NCBI GenBank assembly: GCA_015064545.1 | Contig: SVSA01000002.1 | Span: 1-58,331 of the forward strand | Length of the DNA stretch: 58,331 nt | From: Oscillospiraceae bacterium | Lineage (GTDB): Bacteria > Bacillota > Clostridia > Oscillospirales > CAG-272 | Direction of reading: 5' to 3' | Part shown: in pieces, positions 1 to 7,208 of the stretch | How positions within the stretch are numbered: the first letter of the stretch is position 1 | How the letters are laid out: the number at the start of each line of letters is the position of its first letter | Translations under genes and position numbers: made by a program | The notes under the pieces: generated by a model | The model's input: only the letters and a program-made list of their open reading frames with translations | Told to the model about the DNA's origin: nothing | Database searches by the model: none

Positions 1-1
1 G

Positions 2-1264
2 ATCAACGACGAGATCTCGCCCCGTATGGATCTTAACAAGGAGCCGGATGCCATTTCCTCCATCATGTTCTCCAACCAGCAGGTGGTCAGCATGGATCCC
101 AGCCGCGAGGCCGAGATGCTCATGCCTAAGGAAGAATGCGCTCGTGTCAAGGAGATCAAGGGTAAGGTGCGTACCGCTACCGATAAGAACGGTAAGCCCG
201 TCTCCAAGATGAAGATGTACAACGTCTGTGACGGTCTCTTCGAGCCGATCATTGATAAGTTCTATGACGATCCTACCCTCATCGCTTACGGTGAGGATAA
301 CCGTGACTGGGGCGGCGCCTTTGGTGTTTACAAGAAGATGACCGAGGCGGTTCCTTATCACCGTTTCTTCAACTCTCCCATTTCGGAAGCGGCTATCGTC
401 AGCTCGGCTGTCGGTTACGCCATGTGCGGCGGCCGTGCCATCGTGGAGCTGATGTACGCTGACTTTATCGGCTGCGCCGGTGACGAAATCTTCAACCAGA
501 TGGCCAAGTGGCAGTCGATGTCGGCCGGTATCCTCAAGATGCCGATCATCCTCCGCGTTTCGGTCGGTTCGAAGTACGGCGCACAGCATTCGCAGGATTG
601 GACGGCTCTGACTGCTCATATCCCCGGCCTGAAGGTCGTATTCCCGGTAACGCCTACCGATGCCAAGGGTCTGATGACCTCGGCTCTCGACGGCACTGAC
701 CCTGTTATCTTCTTTGAATCGCAGAGAGTTTACGGCTTTGGCGAGCAGTTTGTTGAGGGCGGCGTGCCGGAAGGCAAGTTTGCGATTCCGCTTGGCGAGC
801 CCGATGTTAAGAAGGTGGGTAAGGATGTTACGATCCTGACCATCGGTGCTACGCTGTACCGTGCACTCGATGCTGCTAAGGTTCTGGAAGAAAAGTACGG
901 TGTTTCGGCTGAAATCATCGATGCCCGTTCGATCGTTCCCTTCAACTATGAGAAGGTTATCGAATCGGTCAAGAAGACCGGCCGCATTCTCATCGTCGGT
1001 GACGCTTGCGAGCGTGGCTCGGTCATGAAGGATATGGCTGCCAATATCACCGAGTTCTGCTTCGATTACCTCGATGCACCGCCTGTGGCACTCGGTTCCC
1101 GCAACTGGATCACGCCGGCTCACGAGCTGGAGCAGTTCTTCTTCCCGTATCCCGATGCCATCATCGATTGCATCCACGAGAAGCTCATTCCTCTGAACGG
1201 TCACGTTCCTACCCACGACTATTCTGATCTTGAAAAGGTCGAAAGAGCCAAGAAGGGTCTGTAA
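2..1264 (+). CDS. TPP-dependent 2-oxoacid dehydrogenase E1 component, beta/transketolase-like part (5' end off-window, possibly fused alpha-beta)
   Basis: The frame is open from the window edge (INDEISPR precedes the listed Met at 26). FNSPISEAAIVSSAVGYAMCGGRAIVELMYADF and the C-terminal transketolase-C-like region are typical of E1 beta. A hairpin terminator follows. Confidence 0.8.
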   Translation: MNDEISPRMDLNKEPDAISSIMFSNQQVVSMDPSREAEMLMPKEECARVKEIKGKVRTATDKNGKPVSKMKMYNVCDGLFEPIIDKFYDDPTLIAYGEDNRDWGGAFGVYKKMTEAVPYHRFFNSPISEAAIVSSAVGYAMCGGRAIVELMYADFIGCAGDEIFNQMAKWQSMSAGILKMPIILRVSVGSKYGAQHSQDWTALTAHIPGLKVVFPVTPTDAKGLMTSALDGTDPVIFFESQRVYGFGEQFVEGGVPEGKFAIPLGEPDVKKVGKDVTILTIGATLYRALDAAKVLEEKYGVSAEIIDARSIVPFNYEKVIESVKKTGRILIVGDACERGSVMKDMAANITEFCFDYLDAPPVALGSRNWITPAHELEQFFFPYPDAIIDCIHEKLIPLNGHVPTHDYSDLEKVERAKKGL

Positions 1265-1278
1265 TGTTATAACGAAAT

Positions 1279-1308
1279 CCCCCGTGATTTGTCACGGGGG
1301 ATTTTTGT
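1279..1308 (+). terminator. Rho-independent terminator after the E1 gene
   Basis: cccccgtga/tcacggggg stem followed by atttttg. Confidence 0.75.
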
Positions 1309-1356
1309 TCAGAATAATGTGCATATGGATTCGCAATGACAGGATAGTGAAATGGA

Positions 1357-1537
1357 TTGGTGATATTGAAAAAACTATTGACAGAGATAACGATATATGC
1401 TATACTGATGATACAGAGAATCCCAAAAGGAGGCGAGTCCCATGTCCTGCGAGCATTTTTCCCGCGCGGCCCTGTATCTCGCCGTTTTTTCCTGACCGAA
1501 CCTTTGTGAACGGATGAGTGCAGCGGCCGCGCGGCGG
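1357..1537 (+). repeat. IR1 copy A: 181-bp promoter+leader segment, inverted partner at 55958-56136
   Basis: Manual alignment to the reverse complement of 55958-56136 gives about 7 differences (5 substitutions, 2 single-base indels). Confidence 0.9.
1378..1406 (+). promoter_or_regulatory. sigma-A-type promoter of the lectin/peptidase-lipoprotein operon
   Basis: TTGACA (1378-1383), 17-nt spacer, TATACT (1401-1406). Confidence 0.6.
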
Positions 1538-1584
1538 TACGTTGCACTTTTGTTTTTGAAACCGATTCACTTTGGGAGGTTATT
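1412..1584 (+). promoter_or_regulatory. ~170-nt structured 5' leader with two terminator-like hairpins and a possible anti-terminator pairing
   Basis: ggcgag(1432-37)/ctcgcc(1478-83) followed by T6. cccgcgcggcc(1461-71) is complementary to ggccgcgcgg(1525-34). Hairpin 1518-1547 is followed by ttttgttttt. Real SD gggagg lies before the ATG at 1585. Confidence 0.4.
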
Positions 1585-3207
1585 ATGAAATTCAAACAAT
1601 GCCTTCTCTTCGTTCTCACCCTGTGTCTGCTTCTCAGCTCTACCGGCTTCTCGCTTCCGGTTTCCCCGGCGCTTCCACCCGAAGAACCCCTTATCCCGCT
1701 TGCGCCCCCTGCGGCTTCTTTGGTCAGCTTAAACAAATCGTCCCTCTCGTTAAGCATCGGCGAAGGTGCCTTGCTTGTCGCTACCAGCGATTACAATATC
1801 AGTTGGACATCCAGTAACACAGCGGTTGCCACGGTCAATAACGGCTATGTGGTCGGACATTCCGCCGGCACCGCCACCATCACGGTCGTGATCAGCGACT
1901 TTGTCACCGAGGAAGGACTTACCAGCGATACCTGCACCGTTACGGTAGGATCTACACCGATTTTTGAAAACGGCACCTACTTCATTGAAAATATGGCAAC
2001 CGGGAAATATATTGACATTGAAGGCCCTTCGATTGCCAACGGCGCCATCATTCAGCAATGGTCGTTGAGCGGAGGAAATTCGAGAAAATGGAATCTGGTT
2101 TTGCAAAACGATGGGTATTACGCAATAAAATCGTATATGTCCCTCAAATACATGGCAATTGCTACCGACAGTACCACAGCAATCAAGCAATATTCCTCGA
2201 TCACGAACAACGCAAAATGGAGCTTCATGAAAACCGCACGCGGAAGCTATGTGCTTATCGCCAAAAGTTCTGAAAGCACCCTTAAAGCCTTAGCCACCCC
2301 CTCAACAACATCGGGAGACGGTGTCAACCTGACACAATTCGTATATTCAAATAATACATCGCTGAACGACGAGTGGGCTTTGACGCGAATGTTACCGTTA
2401 AGTGGGTATGAATTGGAGTATGGGACGGATGATTGGGAATCGTATAAAAACTATAACAACTGTTACTCATATGCAATTAACTGTAGACTTTGTGGAGATA
2501 GCTGTTTTTCCCAATTGGTGTATTACCCGCAACAACCGGGAGACTATTCGGGAAACATTTATGAAGAAACCACAGAAACCTGTTTAACCGCATCAGTTTC
2601 CGAGGATTTTGAGACTTATTTTGGTGTTGCGGGGAAGTTTTTTGAAATTGGACGGTACACGCCCTGTCCCGTCGGCGCCTATAAAGTTGCACTTGTCATT
2701 GACGCAAATCGCCCAGACTACCACTGGTATCGCCAAAATAGTAACGGACTGTGGTCCCACAAACCTGGACGCAATAGTGTCACGAATCTCGATTGTTCCG
2801 AAAGGCTCATTATTGACCCTCTGCTTGCCGACAGGAACAGCACGGATTCTGTTCCACCCGGAACCACAGATTACAGTACTTTTATTGCATACTTTGCCGT
2901 TTTCCCATGGAACTATGTCTGCGACAACATCACAAATCCTAGTTCGATACAATCTACCTCTTTATTAGCTGCGACAGAAAGCATCCAAAGTAATACAATC
3001 TCTGCTTTCTCTTTGAATAATATCTCTATTGGAATGACAAAAGAGCAGGTTTGTAAAATCCTTGACTCAGAAGGATTTTCTGCTGGTAGCGGTATATACG
3101 CATATGATTATAAATTGGCAGATGGAACAGTTGTGTTAATACAGTATCGTTACAATTCCAGTAGAAAATGTCTCGAGCTTAGCGATATTTACATTAAGGA
3201 GAATTAA
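1585..3207 (+). CDS. secreted multidomain protein: signal peptide, Big_2 Ig-like domain, ricin-B-type lectin, Cys/His peptidase-like domain, C-terminal lipoprotein-type module
   Basis: N-terminal hydrophobic signal. Big_2-like LSLSIGEGALLVATSDYNISWTSSNTAVATVNNGYVVGHSAGTATITV. QxW-like triplets (QQW, KQY, TQF) in a beta-trefoil-sized stretch. NCYSYA ... DYHWYRQNSNGLWSHKPG (Cys then His order). Terminal GMTKEQVCKILDSEGFSAGSGIYAYDYKLADGTVVLIQY. Confidence 0.75.
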   Translation: MKFKQCLLFVLTLCLLLSSTGFSLPVSPALPPEEPLIPLAPPAASLVSLNKSSLSLSIGEGALLVATSDYNISWTSSNTAVATVNNGYVVGHSAGTATITVVISDFVTEEGLTSDTCTVTVGSTPIFENGTYFIENMATGKYIDIEGPSIANGAIIQQWSLSGGNSRKWNLVLQNDGYYAIKSYMSLKYMAIATDSTTAIKQYSSITNNAKWSFMKTARGSYVLIAKSSESTLKALATPSTTSGDGVNLTQFVYSNNTSLNDEWALTRMLPLSGYELEYGTDDWESYKNYNNCYSYAINCRLCGDSCFSQLVYYPQQPGDYSGNIYEETTETCLTASVSEDFETYFGVAGKFFEIGRYTPCPVGAYKVALVIDANRPDYHWYRQNSNGLWSHKPGRNSVTNLDCSERLIIDPLLADRNSTDSVPPGTTDYSTFIAYFAVFPWNYVCDNITNPSSIQSTSLLAATESIQSNTISAFSLNNISIGMTKEQVCKILDSEGFSAGSGIYAYDYKLADGTVVLIQYRYNSSRKCLELSDIYIKEN

Positions 3208-3208
3208 G

Positions 3209-3898
3209 ATGAAGTGGATTACTTTTGTTCTTTTATTGCTATTTATATTTAACGCCTGCACCATCCCCCATGCGAGCACCCCTGCCGGATCCGATGATAC
3301 TATGGATGAAACATCGTCGGCCGAAACCACCGACACCGAAGCAGACACAACCGATCGTGTTCCTGTCACAGATGAATACGTTGTCTTACTGAAGGACTAC
3401 GAAATTTCGCTATCGGATTTGGAAAAAATTTCTGAAGGGATGCCCATTGATCGCGTCAGTGAAATTCTCGGCTCAGAAGGCTACTGTTTTACCAGCGGTA
3501 TTTACGGGTATTACTATCGGTTAAGTGACTACACAAGAATTGTCTTTAGTTATCGCCTCAACACTGAGGGGCATTATCTTGAACTCAGAGACTATGAAAT
3601 TGTACCGTTCATGGAACTGCGCTCCATTCAAAAAGGAATGACTTGGGAAGAGGCTTTGGAGATACTTAACAACCTTAGCGGCCAAGCCTATACGGTTGAA
3701 AATTCACCGGGGACATCACTACTGTTTCGGTCGAATCGTATGGACACGGACAATTGGGCGGCTTCCGTCTCGCTTCATTCGGGAAGCAATACCATCGAAA
3801 GCATTGAGCTATCTTGGAAGAACGGAGACGAAAGCGTAACTTGGCCCTTATCCGTAAGCGCGGATGGGTACTTCTCGTTTATGAGAGCAGATCAATAA
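3209..3898 (+). CDS. lipoprotein with two copies of the GMT..EV..LG module
   Basis: Lipobox-like LLFIFNAC. Modules GMPIDRVSEILGSEGYCFTSGIYGYYYRLSDYTRIVFSY and GMTWEEALEILNNL. Starts 2 nt after the upstream stop. Confidence 0.7.
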   Translation: MKWITFVLLLLFIFNACTIPHASTPAGSDDTMDETSSAETTDTEADTTDRVPVTDEYVVLLKDYEISLSDLEKISEGMPIDRVSEILGSEGYCFTSGIYGYYYRLSDYTRIVFSYRLNTEGHYLELRDYEIVPFMELRSIQKGMTWEEALEILNNLSGQAYTVENSPGTSLLFRSNRMDTDNWAASVSLHSGSNTIESIELSWKNGDESVTWPLSVSADGYFSFMRADQ

Positions 3899-4027
3899 AA
3901 ACTGCCCTCCACCGTTTTATCGTGATTCCTCCCCATAAATCTCCCTCTTGCGCCACCCTCCTTTGAAAAATCGTAATAACCGAAACAGCGAATTGATAGT
4001 TTCTCAAGTTTTGAAAGGAGCCCTATC

Positions 4028-4471
4028 ATGAAACACTATGTTCGATTTCTCATCCTTCTGCTGCTATTATCTGCCCTGTTAACCGGTTGTCACTCTTCTC
4101 TCGGAGTAGAATCTCCCGCTACGACTACCGCCAATGATATCCCCGACACCTCTTCCGAAACAGACAAAAACATTTTTGACAAAATTAAAATGCTCAACGC
4201 CTCCATGCGTGGAAGCGATGTGATCGAGCTTCTCGGGGAAGATTATGAGCTTCTATGCGATGGAAAAACGGAAAGCGTCTTGACCTACGCTCTTTTTGAC
4301 GAGTCGTATCTGTTCGTTGTCTTGCGCGGCCACCCCCAATATACTACTCCCTATTGGCAGCAAATCCCCCCTCTTGTTTCACTTGAAGAGCAGTGTATTC
4401 GTGCACTATATCTTAACGGAAAAGCGCTCCAAACCGACGAAGCCGGCAACTTCCTTCTTCCTGACGCATAA
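4028..4471 (+). CDS. small lipoprotein (module family); the 3' end lies in repeat IR2
   Basis: Lipobox LLTGC. Degenerate module SMRGSDVIELLGEDYELL. C-terminus ALQTDEAGNFLLPDA is identical to the C-terminus of the 55133-55906 product. Confidence 0.65.
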   Translation: MKHYVRFLILLLLLSALLTGCHSSLGVESPATTTANDIPDTSSETDKNIFDKIKMLNASMRGSDVIELLGEDYELLCDGKTESVLTYALFDESYLFVVLRGHPQYTTPYWQQIPPLVSLEEQCIRALYLNGKALQTDEAGNFLLPDA

Positions 4472-4574
4472 AATCCCGCGCGAAAGGAGCCCTCATGAAA
4501 CACCATATTCTCTGTCTCCTCTCCCTGCTTCTCCTGCTTTCGCTTGCGGCCTGCACAAACCCGCCCGGATCCGG
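4424..4574 (+). repeat. IR2 copy A: 151-bp segment spanning a gene 3' end, the intergenic RBS and the next gene's signal peptide; inverted partner at 55030-55180
   Basis: By manual alignment there is a single mismatch (gcgcgaaagg vs gctcgaaagg). The flanking coding sequence diverges sharply. Confidence 0.9.
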
Positions 4575-4944
4575 CACAACCGAAACAACCGATGAAGCGG
4601 TTGAGAAAATGACAGAAGACTCCGACTTTCCCTATCCCATTACCGATGCCGAACTACTCAAGCAAGTCAAGGTGGGGATGACCTACGGCGATGCCATGGC
4701 TCTCGGCCTTGATATGGGTCTTTGCTATTCGTCAGGCTCCGGTTCACCCGTCCACTATTACGGCTCTGACGGAAACAAATATTCCTTTATTCTCGAAAAC
4801 GCCGTTGTTGATATGGAATCGCTGGAATCGACATCGATTGACGATCTGCTGCACAGCGAGGCTCCCGACCTGTCGGATCCCTATAAGCGTCCTTATTCCT
4901 GGTGCACCATTATTGACATTCAGGTTACCTCCTACAAAAAATAA
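4495..4944 (+). CDS. small lipoprotein (module family); the 5' end lies in repeat IR2
   Basis: MKHHILCLLSLLLLLSLAACTNPPGSG is identical to the N-terminus of the 54462-55109 product. Module VKVGMTYGDAMALGLDMGLCYSSGSGSPVHYYGSDGNKYSF. Confidence 0.7.
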   Translation: MKHHILCLLSLLLLLSLAACTNPPGSGTTETTDEAVEKMTEDSDFPYPITDAELLKQVKVGMTYGDAMALGLDMGLCYSSGSGSPVHYYGSDGNKYSFILENAVVDMESLESTSIDDLLHSEAPDLSDPYKRPYSWCTIIDIQVTSYKK

Positions 4945-4992
4945 TGTGAGTAGCGGGCGATCTATGATCGCCCCTACCGAAGTGTTTTCTTA

Positions 4993-5022
4993 AGCGCCGC
5001 TTATTGAAGCGGCGCTTTTTTC
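4993..5022 (+). terminator. Rho-independent terminator
   Basis: gcgccgctt/aagcggcgc stem followed by T6. Confidence 0.8.
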
Positions 5023-5070
5023 TTAAATCTTATAAATACGGGATTATTCGGCCTGCTTTGGTATAAACAC

Positions 5071-5099
5071 TTGCAATTTATCCGTGGATATGGTATAAT
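5071..5099 (+). promoter_or_regulatory. sigma-A-type promoter
   Basis: TTGCAA, 17 nt, TATAAT. Confidence 0.55.
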
Positions 5100-5137
5100 A
5101 AAACGATTATTGAAGATTCCGACAGGAGATTGATCTG

Positions 5138-7045
5138 ATGGCCGGGTTACACAACAAACGCCGCGCACTCTTGCTTTTGGTGGATATCCTTTGCTTTTTT
5201 GTTTGCTTTACGGTGGCAGAGTTTATTGCTTATATCTTTAAAATTCCGTTTTCGCTGTCGCACTATCTGATTTGTGCTGCGGTCTTTTTCGTGCTGATTT
5301 TTGGCCTGCGCTTTGTGACACGCGTTTATGATCATGTGTGGCGCTATGCCAATTCCCGTACCTACTTAACGATGGTCGCCGCCGATGCGGTTGCCGGACT
5401 GACGGCTGTTGGCATTTTACAGCTTTTTGGCGTGAATCCCAGCTTTTGGTTCAGCCTTTGCCAGGCCTTTGGCGTGGCAGCCTCCTGTGACATTCTGACT
5501 TTGGTGGCGCGGTTTGTTTATCAGACCTTTTTTGGCGAAAAGCATCCGCTGAATACCGAAAATAACAAGATTGGCGTTGCGATTGTCGGCGCCGGACAGA
5601 CCGGCGTGTTTTTGGCACAGGAGCTTCTGTCGGGAGCGCACAGTCATTACCGTCCCATTTGCTTTGTCGATGTGGATAACGATAAAATCGGAAACCGTAT
5701 TCTCGGCTTGCGGGTATACAGCGAGGAAGAAATTCGCCAAAAGCTGAAGGTGTTACCGGTGCAGGAGATTTTCATTGCACTTTCGCACGTCAGTGCGGCG
5801 GAAGCGAGACGGCTTCACGATTTCTATTCGGCATCGGGCTGCAAAATCAAGCTTTACGATTTTCCGATGAATGATATGAACGAATCGGTAAAAAACGCGA
5901 AAAAGGTTATCCGTGAAATCCGCATTGAGGATCTTCTTTTCCGCGAAAGCGTGGCGGTGGCCGATGATAAGACGAGGGCCTTTTATGCCGGTCGCACCGT
6001 TATGGTGACGGGATGCGGTTCCATTGGTAGCGAGCTTTGCCGACAGATCGCGGCTTGCGATCCCATGCAGCTGATTTTGGTTGATATTTATGAGAATAAT
6101 GCGTATGACATTCAGCAAGAGCTGATCCGATTGTATGGAACGTCGCTGAATCTTGCCGTTGAAATTGCATCGGTGCGCGATCGCGTACGTATGGAGGCAA
6201 TTTTTGCCGCTTACCGTCCCGAGATTGTGTTCCATGCCGCTGCGCATAAGCATGTTCCTCTTATGGAGCATAGCTGTTGTGAGGCGATCAAGAATAATGT
6301 CTACGGTACGCTGAATACCGTAGAGCTGGCAGAAAAATATCATGTTCATAAGTTTATTCTGATTTCTACCGACAAGGCTGTCAACCCGACCAATGTGATG
6401 GGCGCTACCAAGCGTCTTTGCGAAATGATTGTCCAGAGTCGCTATGACAGTAAAACAACCTTTGCTGCCGTGCGGTTTGGTAATGTTCTGGGATCGAACG
6501 GCTCGGTGATTCCGCTGTTCCGCTCGCAAATTGCGGCGGGCGGCCCCGTTACGATAACCGATAAGCGGATTATCCGTTATTTCATGACGATTCCCGAGGC
6601 TTCGCAGTTGGTTATGCAGACCGGTGCGATGGCGCAGAGCGGCGAGCTCTTTGTGCTGAATATGGGAAATCCGGTCAAGATTCTTGACTTGGCCGAGAAC
6701 CTGATCCTTCTCTCGGGCTATAAGCCGTATGAGGAGATCGATATCAAGGAGGTTGGCCTGCGTCCGGGTGAGAAGCTTTATGAGGAGCTTCTGATTCGTA
6801 ACGAGGAAATGACGAAAACCTCCAATGACCGTATTTTTATTGAGAAGGACAAGCCTCTCAGTCGGGACGAGGTGGCCAAAAAGCTGAAAATTTTGGCAGA
6901 GGCCATGGCCGAATCGGCGGATACGCTGTGTCAGGATGCGGTTGTTACCGCGCTCAAGCAGGTAGTCCCCACCTTTATCGATCCCGAAACGGTGAATACC
7001 TCGGAGGAGACGCGGCGCGAGCTTCAAAAACAACAGAATGAGTAA
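5138..7045 (+). CDS. membrane-anchored polysaccharide biosynthesis protein, CapD/PglF/WbpM-type NDP-sugar 4,6-dehydratase
   Basis: N-terminal TM helices, two Rossmann motifs (GAGQTG, VTGCGSIGSEL), VFHAAAHKHVPLME and STDKAVNPTNVMGATKRLCE. Confidence 0.9.
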   Translation: MAGLHNKRRALLLLVDILCFFVCFTVAEFIAYIFKIPFSLSHYLICAAVFFVLIFGLRFVTRVYDHVWRYANSRTYLTMVAADAVAGLTAVGILQLFGVNPSFWFSLCQAFGVAASCDILTLVARFVYQTFFGEKHPLNTENNKIGVAIVGAGQTGVFLAQELLSGAHSHYRPICFVDVDNDKIGNRILGLRVYSEEEIRQKLKVLPVQEIFIALSHVSAAEARRLHDFYSASGCKIKLYDFPMNDMNESVKNAKKVIREIRIEDLLFRESVAVADDKTRAFYAGRTVMVTGCGSIGSELCRQIAACDPMQLILVDIYENNAYDIQQELIRLYGTSLNLAVEIASVRDRVRMEAIFAAYRPEIVFHAAAHKHVPLMEHSCCEAIKNNVYGTLNTVELAEKYHVHKFILISTDKAVNPTNVMGATKRLCEMIVQSRYDSKTTFAAVRFGNVLGSNGSVIPLFRSQIAAGGPVTITDKRIIRYFMTIPEASQLVMQTGAMAQSGELFVLNMGNPVKILDLAENLILLSGYKPYEEIDIKEVGLRPGEKLYEELLIRNEEMTKTSNDRIFIEKDKPLSRDEVAKKLKILAEAMAESADTLCQDAVVTALKQVVPTFIDPETVNTSEETRRELQKQQNE

Positions 7046-7208
7046 ACAAACGGAGAACTGCTATTGTGAAAATGGCGGTTTTCTGGTTTTGGGGTATCAT
7101 CACAATATGACATGGATTTTGTCGGATGTTCCATAGGAGAGTCTCTTACTTTTATGGTACAATACCGGTGTGAGAGCGTATCACAAAACATTTATAGGAG
7201 AAATCGTA

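Noticed and set aside
1442-1495. 17-codon leader ORF (MSCEHFSRAALYLAVFS) with a strong SD in the IR1 leader, considered as a conserved leader peptide.
   Set aside because: In the second copy (minus strand, ~56059) two 1-bp indels shift the frame after codon 6, giving an unrelated 21-aa peptide. The amino-acid sequence is therefore not conserved. It may still be translated, but I do not call it a gene.
5753-7033. Long antisense ORFs opposite well-supported genes. Examples: 5753-7033(-), 26976-28316(-), 29024-30187(-), 42734-45262(+), 46676-47983(+), 50521-52089(+), 52200-53084(+), 56793-57725(-).
   Set aside because: Each lies opposite a gene with clear family motifs (capD, tig, clpP/clpX, GldG/DUF4340, the ABC ATPase, metY, the transglutaminase-like protein, PAP2). 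Their compositions are biased (Gly/Arg/Ile/His-rich) and show no motifs, which is typical of shadow ORFs in GC-rich DNA.
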